From IMG/VR virus record IMGVR_UViG_3300037854_000066, positions 1 through 42,977 of that record: a stretch of 42,977 nucleotides of DNA, one strand, 5' to 3'. Within the stretch, counting starts at the first letter, position 1, and each line of letters starts with the position of its first letter. The DNA is from a virus. Lineage: Duplodnaviria > Caudoviricetes. A program made the position numbers and the translations under genes. Of this stretch, positions 26,298 to 36,207 are shown piece by piece. Below the pieces are notes generated by a model. It searched no databases. It was not told where the DNA came from and worked only from the letters and a program-made list of their open reading frames with translations.

Positions 26298-27155
26298 ATG
26301 CATGCCATCTATCTACATGGCAAGACATACCCAATCCCCTCGCGATGGGATGAGCTATCTGCCAGGCAACTGGTGCGGATCGCGTGGCTCTCTACGCTAA
26401 AGAAGGACAGTCTGGCCAAGGCTAAACTCTTCTTCTTCATCCTGACCTCTTCCCTTCCATACTGGAAGCGGCTAAGGCTTCAATACTTCTACCTAATCCA
26501 GGCGAGTACGGAAGAGCGGGGGGATTTCCTGCGTTTGGTGGATAGCTTCTCCGAAAGTCGGCACTTTGTGAAGCAAATCATGCCAAAGTTGTGGGGTAAA
26601 ACTGTCCTATTGCACGGTCCAGCAGATGGACTGTCAAATGCCAGTCTCTATGAGTTCATTACAGCGGAGAAATATTTCCTGAATTACCTGGCCAATCCCA
26701 CGAAAGAAGAATCTGAAGAATGGCTCAATCGGCTGGTGGCAACGCTATATCGGCAGAAGCGATCGGGCTTTGATCCGATGGTGGATAAGGATGGCCGTAT
26801 TCCGCTGACAGATGTAGGCACGCGCTATCGATTACGCTACACGGCCAAGATGCCTTTGCATACCAAGCTGGCCGTGCTGATGTGGTTTGACGGATGCCGT
26901 CAACATATCATCGATCGCTTTCCGCTCATATTTCCCAAGCCGAAGACAGGCAAAGCCAATCCCCTGGAGAAAGTGAAATCTGCCGGAAATCCTACACAAG
27001 CCTGGCTACAACTGATCTCCGAGCTGGCCGGAGGCATGACCAACTATGAAGCGATCGGCAATACCAATCTCTACACCGCCCTCACCGACATCTCCTATCG
27101 GATCAAGAAGAACCAGGAGCAAGAGCGGGCACGGGCCAAATCCAAACGCAAATGA
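26298..27155 (+). CDS. Conserved phage protein (tail assembly chaperone-like)
   Basis: IPSRWDELS, GPADGL, LVATLYR, FPLIF; function inferred. Confidence 0.6.
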   Translation: MHAIYLHGKTYPIPSRWDELSARQLVRIAWLSTLKKDSLAKAKLFFFILTSSLPYWKRLRLQYFYLIQASTEERGDFLRLVDSFSESRHFVKQIMPKLWGKTVLLHGPADGLSNASLYEFITAEKYFLNYLANPTKEESEEWLNRLVATLYRQKRSGFDPMVDKDGRIPLTDVGTRYRLRYTAKMPLHTKLAVLMWFDGCRQHIIDRFPLIFPKPKTGKANPLEKVKSAGNPTQAWLQLISELAGGMTNYEAIGNTNLYTALTDISYRIKKNQEQERARAKSKRK

Positions 27156-27685
27156 TCCTATTCTCAGAATACTGCGACTACTTCGAAGGCTTAGCCAGGA
27201 AGTTTAAATCCATCGGCCATACTGATGAGGTGCCGCGCTTTGCGAATCTGGATATCGATGATATCCTCAGCTCTCAGCGCACGAAGCTCGACTTCACCAA
27301 TCCCGTGATGATCCTGGAGAATCCGGAGGGAGAGCTCGGGTGGATCCACGGTCAGCTATCTGACCGCAAGCTAGGAGCCTTTATGATCCTGAAGAATGTG
27401 CCGCGCAATGATCCGGAAAAGAAGAAGGCCGTGATGGATGAGTGCCAGACCCTCGGTCAGGCTATCATCGCCCGGATGCAATACGAGAAGATCAATCTGC
27501 ATAAGGCGAATTTGGATTCACCCTATGAAAGCATGATCAAATTCTTTGATCTAAATGAGGTCAAATACAACAAAGTCGGCCCGATCTTCAATGACTGCTT
27601 TGGCTGGCGATTTGAAATTGAATTTGCAAGGCAGGATCCCCTTCCCTTTGATTCGGATGAGTGGACTGACTTTGATGAACCATAA
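27152..27685 (+). CDS. Neck/tail-terminator-like protein
   Basis: 177 aa; VGPIFNDCFGWRFEI C-terminal strand; positional inference. Confidence 0.5.
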   Translation: MILFSEYCDYFEGLARKFKSIGHTDEVPRFANLDIDDILSSQRTKLDFTNPVMILENPEGELGWIHGQLSDRKLGAFMILKNVPRNDPEKKKAVMDECQTLGQAIIARMQYEKINLHKANLDSPYESMIKFFDLNEVKYNKVGPIFNDCFGWRFEIEFARQDPLPFDSDEWTDFDEP

Positions 27686-27696
27686 ACCACGAAACG

Positions 27697-28095
27697 ATGA
27701 GAGCATTCTTGATCAAATACCTATTTGGGCGATACTGGTGGAAATTCCCCTGGCAAAGCCGCTACAACTCCACTGACCGCGGAGCATTCTGGAATTTCAA
27801 CGGCTTTCTGCTGATCGCTATTCTATTCCTGATCACAGGATCCGAACTGATCATCAGCCTATCTATTCCCTGGGCACTGCAGGTGCTTTACTTTGGATTT
27901 GATCTGAGAGGCTATGGCTACTTCAGCCGCTACCCGGTGAAGTGGAAGGAGCTGGACGATGAGCAGAAGTGGTACTATGGGCAGGCGGCCCTGAGTGGTC
28001 AGTTGACGAAGCGATTGAAATTCAGCAGCTATCAAATGAGCGAGTGGATGGGTATCAATAATCGGTTTAAGGATAAGTACAATTTGCGTAAATGA
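27697..28095 (+). CDS. Membrane hypothetical protein
   Basis: Central hydrophobic segment, aromatic-rich. Confidence 0.65.
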   Translation: MRAFLIKYLFGRYWWKFPWQSRYNSTDRGAFWNFNGFLLIAILFLITGSELIISLSIPWALQVLYFGFDLRGYGYFSRYPVKWKELDDEQKWYYGQAALSGQLTKRLKFSSYQMSEWMGINNRFKDKYNLRK

Positions 28096-28517
28096 ATCTC
28101 GAAACCCTCAAGACACTCACGGACTGGTCAAGGCGTACCGCACTGGTGCTGGATCGGGAGATCGTGCGCTGGAAGCTTCAGGACACGCGAGACCTACAGC
28201 AATCGCTCAAGGAGCGGGTAGATCAGAAGACCGAGTCCCTGCTGGTGGCGCAGCTGCAATTCTTGGTCCGAGGTCGCTTTCAGGATATGGGTGCCGGGCG
28301 TGGCTCCAAGCGAAACTTTGAGTCACGTGATGGCAATCGTGAACTGCTGGGAGGCTCCAAGCGCAAGGCGAAGCGCTGGTATTCCCGTGCCTTCTGGGGA
28401 CGAATCAATGATCTGCAAGGTGTGCTCGGCTATCGCCTGATGGAAAGTGCTATCAACTCCGTGAAAGAACCCCTCGAATGGCGATCCACTGGCAATGTCG
28501 GCAGGCCGATGTTGTGA
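28092..28517 (+). CDS. Basic neck/virion morphogenesis-like protein
   Basis: T..L..SL, GRFQDMGAGRG, RKAKRWYSR. Confidence 0.6.
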   Translation: MNLETLKTLTDWSRRTALVLDREIVRWKLQDTRDLQQSLKERVDQKTESLLVAQLQFLVRGRFQDMGAGRGSKRNFESRDGNRELLGGSKRKAKRWYSRAFWGRINDLQGVLGYRLMESAINSVKEPLEWRSTGNVGRPML

Positions 28518-28590
28518 TAAGTAATTATCACTTGTTTTATTTGGTGGAAATTGCTTAATTAGAACTGCGAATCCTTTTAAAGGTAAAAGT

Positions 28591-28869
28591 GGGGGAGACA
28601 GACGACGGTTTCCTCCCCTTTATTTGACATCTAACCATCCGAAGAGAGGCGAGCGCCTTGATCTGATACTGAAAACCTGATGGAGGGCATGCCCGTGAGG
28701 ATACGCTGTTTAAACCTCACATGCCAAAGGGACGGACAGTCGATTCAGGAAGTCCACGGGTCAGATTAGCAGCAAAGGTGCTGTAGGTCCAATAGAGCAG
28801 ATGAGCCGGCCCGCAAGTATGGAGACGGCTCAAATACCAGGCAAAGCCCCAGGAATACTCTTGGGGCTT
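28591..28869 (+). ncRNA. Candidate large structured non-coding RNA
   Basis: No ORF; at least eight mutually nested helices found by eye; ends in a terminator. Confidence 0.6.
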
Positions 28870-28873
28870 ATTT
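28844..28873 (+). terminator. Intrinsic terminator
   Basis: AAGCCCCAGGA-ATAC-TCTTGGGGCTT followed by ATTT. Confidence 0.8.
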
Positions 28874-28920
28874 GATTAATGACTTTCTGAAAGTGAATTC
28901 TTTAATTTAATATTGTAAAG

Positions 28921-29394
28921 ATGAAGGCCAGCTCCATTAGCAGCAGAAACAGAAACAGCGGACTATTCACTGAAAGTGAATGGGAACCCGGTATTTGGCT
29001 TGCCGCATTTCTTATGTTTTCGATGATGGGAATTCTAATTCCAGCTTTCGCTTATATCGGCATTCCCTTACTATCGATGCTTTACTTCAGAGATGTAATT
29101 AGAGATATGATACTCCAAATTTCCTTGGTAAGATCCCTGCTGGGCGGTAATTGGCAACTGGTGGAATACCACATATGCCCCAGATTTACTGGTGGAAATT
29201 GGAGAGTCATAAGCATTTGGGAAAGAAGCCCAGGACATACCTTCCGATTCGATCCTTCCAAGGGGGACTATTTCGAAATATTAAGAAGGAATTCAGATCG
29301 AAGCAACAGGCTATTTTCGGCCAAAGAATGTAAGTTGATTCTCTTTGGTGCCTTAGTGATGGCAATTCTTTTCCTGCTTCCTTATTTTCTTTAG
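28921..29394 (+). CDS. Moron-like membrane protein
   Basis: AT-rich; N-terminal and C-terminal hydrophobic helices. Confidence 0.65.
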   Translation: MKASSISSRNRNSGLFTESEWEPGIWLAAFLMFSMMGILIPAFAYIGIPLLSMLYFRDVIRDMILQISLVRSLLGGNWQLVEYHICPRFTGGNWRVISIWERSPGHTFRFDPSKGDYFEILRRNSDRSNRLFSAKECKLILFGALVMAILFLLPYFL

Positions 29395-29466
29395 GAGAAT
29401 AGACAATATGCTTCTTGCTCTGTATGCTGCAAGTAATTAAAGACCCTGATCATTTACAAAGTCATT

Positions 29467-29781
29467 ATGAAACATCTATCCGAACTAGACCATCTAGCCA
29501 TCAACCGAATACTTCTCTATGAGCCATTCAATAAAGAAGAAGTTGAGCGAGCTTATAAGGTATTTGGTATTCATTACACACTACACTTTCTTGGTGTAGT
29601 ACGACAACTTGCAATCGGAATCGACAGTGCCCTCAATCTAATTGGTCAGCTGCAAGACCACTATGATATTCCTTCAAACTGGGAAGAAATAGATCCAACC
29701 AAGCAAAGATCCTACTTTAATGCTGCGATGAACTGGTTGAGAAGTATTATGAAAGGCACCATTTCCCTTGACGCTTATTAA
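29467..29781 (+). CDS. Moron-like hypothetical protein
   Basis: AT-rich 104-aa ORF. Confidence 0.65.
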   Translation: MKHLSELDHLAINRILLYEPFNKEEVERAYKVFGIHYTLHFLGVVRQLAIGIDSALNLIGQLQDHYDIPSNWEEIDPTKQRSYFNAAMNWLRSIMKGTISLDAY

Positions 29782-29792
29782 TTACTAGCCCC

Positions 29793-29828
29793 TGTCCAAA
29801 GCCCTTACTTCTTTCCGAGCCATCTTGC
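29793..29828 (+). promoter_or_regulatory. Candidate late promoter TGTCC-N23-CATCTTGC
   Basis: Heads the tail operon. Confidence 0.55.
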
Positions 29829-29857
29829 TTCTAGATTCTTGATTCTACTATCTAGCT

Positions 29858-30991
29858 ATGGCTGTTTCCCTTGTTTCCGCTCTTCCTACTATCCATCCGG
29901 TCTATGATCCGCTGATCGTCGCGCTACAGGATGCCGGAGATCCGGCCTCTGCACGAACCGGACAGTCTCAGGTAGAAGTACAACTCGAGATCGAGGATGT
30001 GCTCAACTCTGACTCCTGGAGGCTGATCGGCGAATACCTCAATCCCTACAACTACGACACGGATGAAGCGCAGGTAAATCTCAATCAGGCGCTGATCGGT
30101 GCGCTGGATCATTTCATCCCTGACCTGACCAGCTCCGGAAAGCAAGCCATCACCGGTACTATCAAACGCTATCGCTTGAAAGCTCGCGATGTGGTAGACG
30201 GTGAGGCGCAGGGCAGCTTTGCGACGCTGGGCCCCGCGCTGGCCTGGCTGGCCGGAAATCCCTATCCGCAGATCGGAACAGATCTATTGGATGGCAAAGC
30301 CTATCTACTTCTATCCAGCAGATCCCTTGCCCGCAGACTGCATCCCAACGAGACTATCAGCCTGCAGGTGCTGCCCGTAGTCAGCGGAACTCCTACCCTA
30401 CGTATCAAAGCAAACTTCACCGACGGTACCGATCAAACCGATACCACGGCTCTGAGTGCAGCGACTGCACTGGTGCCTTTCTATGTCAATATCACGCTGC
30501 CAAGCTATGTCAAGGCTGTACGAAGTCTAGAGATAGACTTTACCGGGCTGACTGGCACAGCTGAGAAGTTGATCTATTGGATGATTCAGAAGCCTTCACC
30601 CTACTTTCGTCAGCTCTTCTACTGCAATAGCCTGGGCGGACTGGATCACTTGGCCCTGACCGGTAAGTGTGAGGAGATCAATCAGCCGATCAGCGAGCTA
30701 TTTGAGGCGCAGGAATATCCTCCGACGAACGCACAGCGGGGAAATACCCGTGCATTCAATCAGCGGGCTGTCGATAGCCTGGTACTTCGCACCGGCTACA
30801 TGAGTGAAGACGAGCTCCGGTCACTGCGTGACTTGACCCTGCGAAATGAAGTGTACATCCAAGAGGGCAATGCTTTGCGCAAGCTTATTCTCAACAATAG
30901 CCAATGGCGCGTGAAGACGGATGGTGACTTCCTGCATGCGCTGGAAGTGACAGCGCGATATGCCTGGGAAGAACGGGCTTATGGAAGGTAG
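29858..30991 (+). CDS. Tail/baseplate structural protein
   Basis: FYCNSLGGLD...TG and LRTGYM motifs; beta-rich. Confidence 0.65.
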   Translation: MAVSLVSALPTIHPVYDPLIVALQDAGDPASARTGQSQVEVQLEIEDVLNSDSWRLIGEYLNPYNYDTDEAQVNLNQALIGALDHFIPDLTSSGKQAITGTIKRYRLKARDVVDGEAQGSFATLGPALAWLAGNPYPQIGTDLLDGKAYLLLSSRSLARRLHPNETISLQVLPVVSGTPTLRIKANFTDGTDQTDTTALSAATALVPFYVNITLPSYVKAVRSLEIDFTGLTGTAEKLIYWMIQKPSPYFRQLFYCNSLGGLDHLALTGKCEEINQPISELFEAQEYPPTNAQRGNTRAFNQRAVDSLVLRTGYMSEDELRSLRDLTLRNEVYIQEGNALRKLILNNSQWRVKTDGDFLHALEVTARYAWEERAYGR

Positions 30992-30998
30992 CGTCATT

Positions 30999-31034
30999 GA
31001 GACTGCTTCTCCCGATTCTCGGGATCGCAGTGAC
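30999..31034 (+). repeat. REP-like core, intergenic
   Basis: Near-identical to 3325-3360; preceded by truncated CGTCATT. Confidence 0.9.
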
Positions 31035-31068
31035 GGTAAACACTACAAATAACATCTAACAATCTAGC

Positions 31069-33669
31069 ATGAGTCTGGTACTACTCAAACAGGAACGAAT
31101 CGGAGAGAATCCCGCGACTGGGATCGATATATTCGAGCAGACTTTCTTCAATACTTCGAATACAACCGTATTCACCAACGAACTGGAAGCCGGTGACCTG
31201 GACGAATATGAGATGCAGACTGGGCAGCTGGTATTTGATACCGGAGGAGGTACCCAATACATCTACGATGGTGCAGGTGGTGTGACTACCCAATCCACTC
31301 CCGGAAGTGCCACCTATCAGCTGATCGCGATCCGCGTGGATGCGCTGGGCGATACGGTGACAGATTCGCTGGGATTCTTTGAAGAAGGTGCGACTGTGCT
31401 GGTGAGTTCAGAGCCCAAGAGCGGCTTTGTCTTTAGCAAGTGGACCAGACTGGGTGTGCAGGTGTCGGGCTCCATCTCTTTCACCTATACCATGCCTGCT
31501 GCCAATACCATCCTACAGGCCAACTATGTAGAAGATGAAGCCGCTCCGGATCCACCGACTCCAATCCCTTTGCCGAGCAAATACTATCCGCTTGAGCTTC
31601 GCATTCTGCGAAATGGAGCCTATGTGCAGATTCCGCTTCCGCCCTTTGTGCAGCGGCAGTTCAGCAATCTCTTTGACTCCGAACTGGAAGGAGACTATTC
31701 CTATCCGGTGACGATTCCCCTTTCACCCAAGGAAATGATCTCGCTAGGCCTGCCCAATGATCCACAGACTGCAGAGAGCTTTGCGGAGCCTATCCTTGCC
31801 GAAGTCTGGGCCCATGGCAATCGACGCTATCAAGGCTATCTCGATATTCTGAAGGCCGACGAGGATCGGGTGCGGGCGAGCTTTATTCTGGACTCAGGGT
31901 TCTTTATCCAGGCGAATCAGGAACTGACCCTGCCGAGCTGCTATGAGACGAGCGACGAGATCGATATCAGCGGACAGACGGTCTATGCCGTGGGAGGCTT
32001 TGAGTTGCGATTCAACTACCGGGATATCCGGGTGACGGTGAACAGCAACAGCAGATCCTTTCTGACTGCCGAATACCCCGACCATGTGAGCATGCTGGAA
32101 GCTATTCGCGGCTGGCTCAATGGACTCAGCCTGGGACTGGATATTACCGTCGAATACTCCGAGGATCTCACCGATGAAACCTCCAAGATCATCTACTGGG
32201 ATACGACTACCATCACCACCTGCGTGCTGGAACCAGTCAGCGGAACAAGCCGCTACACCCGAGCAAAGAAGCTGACGAGCAAGCGCTTTGTGATGGATCC
32301 CTGGAACAACTTCGATGAGGCAAACCGCATCGCCTTTCCGACCATCTACAACCGCAACCTGTACGAAGGCAACAATGAGTTGCACGATGGTATCGTCAAC
32401 CGCTACGACGAGCAGGGCAGGCTCTATGTGTCCAATGTGCGCTATCTGACCTACTCCGAGTCATTCCGCTGGGAGCATTGCATCATTCCTTTCCTCTACT
32501 TGACCGATGTGGTCAAGCAGGTATTCAAGAAGCTCGGAATCGCTGTCTCGGGTGAATTCTTCGAAAGCGATCTGATCAAGCGCATGCTGCTGTATAATAA
32601 CCGCACGCTGGACTTTGTGCAGGTGGCGATCAACGGCACGCCAAGCCGCCGAACAGCCTTTGCCATCCATCGAGGAGATGATCACCAGGAGAATGAGAGC
32701 TACTTCTATGAGAATGTGCATGACTTGGTGATCAAGCTGGCCAATCATGCCCCGGCCTACTCCGTGATCGAGTTCCTGAAAGGCCTGAAGAACTTCTTTG
32801 GGTTGAAATATGACTTTAATCTACTACAGAGTAAAGTAGAGATCCGCTTTGTGCGGGAGAAGCTCCGTTCCCGTGTGGTGCTTGACTTGACCCAGTCAGC
32901 TGGCAAGGTCTACACACTGGAACATGGCAAAGGCTTGGGAATCGCCTTTAAATACGAGAATCCCGATCCCCTGATGCAGGATGGCAATGAGCCCTTTGAG
33001 TTTGTGCCTGATACTATCTCCATGGCGGCTACCTATACCGTGCAGAACTTTGGCGCATTGACTGCGCTCGATGCTGAGCTCTTTGAGACTGCCTTTGTGC
33101 AATCGATCCGCGCGGTATTCACCTTGACACCCGATCAGTCCAATCCACCCTACTGGAAACTTACCAGCTGGCGACAGCAGGAAGAAACCCAAGCCAATCT
33201 GAAGAATTGGAATCTAGGGCTATACCCGATGGTGGATGTGGTGATCAATGGGCGAAAGATGCCAGGCATCGAGGTGACGGCCAATAATCCGGAGGTGAAT
33301 CTGACCAATAAAGAGAGTGGCCTTCGAATCATGGCCTACTATGGACAGCAGGAGGATTCGCTCGATCGTCCCTATGCCTTTGCTAGCTGTACGCGCTTTA
33401 ATGCCAAGGAAGTATTGAGTCTCGATCAGTATGACTTGGATATCCGCGGAGCTGATATTGCGCCGCTGCATGAAGATGTAGAGCGGATTCTGACCAGTTC
33501 CAAGCTGTACGAGACCGAGCTGCTGCTGGATGACTACACGCTCTTTCAGTTGTCCAAGACCCCTATCCTGCGAATTGCGAATATTGACTATGCAATCATC
33601 GAGATCGAGGTGCAGAATACGACGAAAGAAATGGCTGTGGGAAAGGTGAAGTTGTACAAACTAAAGTGA
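31069..33669 (+). CDS. Tail hub/baseplate-like protein with an InlB-B-repeat-like domain near the N-terminus
   Basis: EEGATVLVSSEPKSGFVFSKW...FTYTMPAANTILQANY; GDYSYPVTIP; EFLKGLKNFFGL. Confidence 0.65.
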   Translation: MSLVLLKQERIGENPATGIDIFEQTFFNTSNTTVFTNELEAGDLDEYEMQTGQLVFDTGGGTQYIYDGAGGVTTQSTPGSATYQLIAIRVDALGDTVTDSLGFFEEGATVLVSSEPKSGFVFSKWTRLGVQVSGSISFTYTMPAANTILQANYVEDEAAPDPPTPIPLPSKYYPLELRILRNGAYVQIPLPPFVQRQFSNLFDSELEGDYSYPVTIPLSPKEMISLGLPNDPQTAESFAEPILAEVWAHGNRRYQGYLDILKADEDRVRASFILDSGFFIQANQELTLPSCYETSDEIDISGQTVYAVGGFELRFNYRDIRVTVNSNSRSFLTAEYPDHVSMLEAIRGWLNGLSLGLDITVEYSEDLTDETSKIIYWDTTTITTCVLEPVSGTSRYTRAKKLTSKRFVMDPWNNFDEANRIAFPTIYNRNLYEGNNELHDGIVNRYDEQGRLYVSNVRYLTYSESFRWEHCIIPFLYLTDVVKQVFKKLGIAVSGEFFESDLIKRMLLYNNRTLDFVQVAINGTPSRRTAFAIHRGDDHQENESYFYENVHDLVIKLANHAPAYSVIEFLKGLKNFFGLKYDFNLLQSKVEIRFVREKLRSRVVLDLTQSAGKVYTLEHGKGLGIAFKYENPDPLMQDGNEPFEFVPDTISMAATYTVQNFGALTALDAELFETAFVQSIRAVFTLTPDQSNPPYWKLTSWRQQEETQANLKNWNLGLYPMVDVVINGRKMPGIEVTANNPEVNLTNKESGLRIMAYYGQQEDSLDRPYAFASCTRFNAKEVLSLDQYDLDIRGADIAPLHEDVERILTSSKLYETELLLDDYTLFQLSKTPILRIANIDYAIIEIEVQNTTKEMAVGKVKLYKLK

Positions 33670-33682
33670 GGGTAAAGGATAA

Positions 33683-35740
33683 ATGTCAAGAGCAAGACTA
33701 TCGGAAGAATTAAACAGACTCCTTCCCGGAGAGCAGTGGAAGCGTGTGCGAGAAGGGATCCTGGCCGCCGCCAACTACAGCGGTCAGCGAACGGATCAGC
33801 TTCGGCAGAATATCGATGAAGCCAACCGGCTCAAGACCGGAGTTTTGGTAAATGGCACCGTGGACTTTACCAGCACCACCAATGCCGATCTGAGCGGCTT
33901 TGCATGGGTCATAGACTATCAAATATTTCAACAAACTGCCGCAGAATCGATCACCGTAGATGCGCCAGATGCTGACTTTCCGCGGCCAGATATATTCGTA
34001 GGCTTAGATGATGGTTCGATAGAGTATAGAGCTGGGACGGTGGATGAGTTTGGAAATGTAGAAGAACCCACTTTCAATCCTGTGAGCGAAGTCTTGCTTC
34101 GAGCAGTCACCAGAAACCCCGATAATACCAACGATGAGGAGGAAACAGAAGCAGGGGCTTCCGCCTTTGTTTCCAAAGTAGCTACTGGCACCGAAGTGAT
34201 GCAAGGATCACTCGCCATCGCCACATTGGCTCAGGGCCAAAACGACTACGTCAGAGCTGATCCAAACGGTAAGCTGCAGGTAGTACGTGGAGATAAAGCA
34301 GGAGCAAGAGCCACCCTTCAGGGAACGCCTGGATGGGCTCGAATACTCACGATCAACTGTGACTTTACAAGACAGCTGAACTATGGTCTAACTATGGAGC
34401 TATCCGCCGTCGAGTCCAACGACTACCAGACAGCCAAGCTAACCTTCTACATTCGATTCAACAGCTCCGGAGTGATCCAGGATTCCTCCCTATTGCTATT
34501 TGGAAAAGTGACACCAGCGCGGTACAAGATCGTGAAGATCGATACCGATACTTATGAGCTATGGTTTCAGCACTTCACCAGTCTGACCCTCTATGTATGG
34601 CGACCGCTCTTTTCCTTTGGATCCATCGACAAATACACGCTCTACACCAATCAGCCCATCACCAGCCTGCCTGCAGGTGATCAGCTAGACTTCGTGGAGT
34701 ATGGCGGAGGCACAGAGCTTGATGCGGATATCGTGGATGCGCTGGAGGCTTCATTGACTGATTCTCCCGGCACATCCAATCGCTACGTCACAGTCAATCT
34801 CCTGAACTCCTATGCCTATGTGCAGGAAGCTCCCAACGATGGCAAAGGCTATGTGAGACTTTCGGAATCCTGGACACAAGTATCTCCCTATCACCTGGCA
34901 CAAGCAGGAGCTACAGATGGTCAAGTACTTACTTGGAATGCTGCTAATGGCCGCTATGAGCCAGCTACTCCGAGTGGCGGGGGTGGTGGAAGTTTGTGGA
35001 CCGAGGGAAGCGGGTTTATTTATAGGAACACTCCCGTTGTAATAGGCGATTCATCTTGGAGTAATTCAGCCTCATTAACTGTCAAAGGGAATGCAACTGC
35101 TGGCTCATGGGTTTTTAAAGCTCAAGATAGTAGTGGCAGTAATTTGATTGCTCTATTAAATGATCGGAGGCTTTGGATGTATTCTGATATAATTAATATA
35201 GGGAATAATCCAAGTGGGGCAACTGGCGTTACTATTAAATCATATTACACAGGGGGAAATAGCAATGTATTTGCAGTCTTAGACTCTTCCAATAATACAC
35301 TTTTTAAGGTATTTGCAAATGGAGCAATAGGTATTAGTACTGATAGATTGGTTTTAGGTAACCCATCATCTTCACCATTTACTGGAATTACAGTAAAAGT
35401 GCCTGGTACAGGATTCACCTTCGCTCATCAAATTCAAGACAGTACAGGCACATCTAATCTAGATATTTATGCGAATGGGGGTATCTTTTCAAACTCATTC
35501 AGAAATGGATTTGGAATTAAGACAGGAGTTATAGCTGGAGGATCACATTTCAAGGGAAGCGGAACAGGTACAGGTGAAATATTTGTAGTCCAAAACGGAG
35601 CTAATCAAAGAGCTTTTGAAATAAGAGGCAATAGACAGATTCTAATGCATGCATTGCCAATATCTGATCCCGGTTTAGCAGAAAGCTTATATAAATACAA
35701 CGATGGAACAAGAACTTATATCTGTATTTCAGAAGGGTAA
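33683..35740 (+). CDS. Tail fibre / receptor-binding protein
   Basis: EAPNDGKGYVR and GATDGQVLTWN fibre motifs, SGGGGGSLW linker, Gly/Ser/Asn-rich repetitive C-terminus. Confidence 0.75.
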   Translation: MSRARLSEELNRLLPGEQWKRVREGILAAANYSGQRTDQLRQNIDEANRLKTGVLVNGTVDFTSTTNADLSGFAWVIDYQIFQQTAAESITVDAPDADFPRPDIFVGLDDGSIEYRAGTVDEFGNVEEPTFNPVSEVLLRAVTRNPDNTNDEEETEAGASAFVSKVATGTEVMQGSLAIATLAQGQNDYVRADPNGKLQVVRGDKAGARATLQGTPGWARILTINCDFTRQLNYGLTMELSAVESNDYQTAKLTFYIRFNSSGVIQDSSLLLFGKVTPARYKIVKIDTDTYELWFQHFTSLTLYVWRPLFSFGSIDKYTLYTNQPITSLPAGDQLDFVEYGGGTELDADIVDALEASLTDSPGTSNRYVTVNLLNSYAYVQEAPNDGKGYVRLSESWTQVSPYHLAQAGATDGQVLTWNAANGRYEPATPSGGGGGSLWTEGSGFIYRNTPVVIGDSSWSNSASLTVKGNATAGSWVFKAQDSSGSNLIALLNDRRLWMYSDIINIGNNPSGATGVTIKSYYTGGNSNVFAVLDSSNNTLFKVFANGAIGISTDRLVLGNPSSSPFTGITVKVPGTGFTFAHQIQDSTGTSNLDIYANGGIFSNSFRNGFGIKTGVIAGGSHFKGSGTGTGEIFVVQNGANQRAFEIRGNRQILMHALPISDPGLAESLYKYNDGTRTYICISEG

Positions 35741-35743
35741 ATT

Positions 35744-36196
35744 ATGGAACTAATTAAGACACCATTTGGAGATATTGATTTGGACGTAGTGCCAATCAGC
35801 TTCTTTATTTCAGACAGCAGCCTGGGCACGCGTAGAAAGGTGCAGTTTGAAGGAATCAAATCCATGACTGAGCGTGGTCAGTTTGCACAGATTGTCTGGC
35901 TGATCTGGCAGTATGATCAGGAAGGAAACTTGCTCAATGAGCTAGATGCCGTACAAGGCCGTCAGGTGATCACTCCGGTATCGGGCCAGAATCGAGTGAC
36001 AGCAGAAGGAATTCTGATCATGCGTGAGGCATTTCCGGAAGGTGAAGTGGGAGATCGAGCCTATCAAATGGCCTTTGACAAGGGATATAATGAATATCAA
36101 TACTGGATGGCACTACTTAGGCTGGCTCCGCTTCCTGTAGTGCTTAACGCAGCCGGAAATCTTCTGGCTCAATACGAACGATACGACAGACCTTAA
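35744..36196 (+). CDS. Hypothetical tail-associated protein
   Basis: Directly follows the fibre gene. Confidence 0.7.
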   Translation: MELIKTPFGDIDLDVVPISFFISDSSLGTRRKVQFEGIKSMTERGQFAQIVWLIWQYDQEGNLLNELDAVQGRQVITPVSGQNRVTAEGILIMREAFPEGEVGDRAYQMAFDKGYNEYQYWMALLRLAPLPVVLNAAGNLLAQYERYDRP

Positions 36197-36207
36197 TTAT
36201 ACAAACT

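Noticed and set aside
28745-28760. CAGGAAGTCC resembles the RNase P RNA GAGGAAAGUCC motif
   Set aside because: The matching 3' conserved P4 strand and overall layout were not found; a 10-nt resemblance is insufficient
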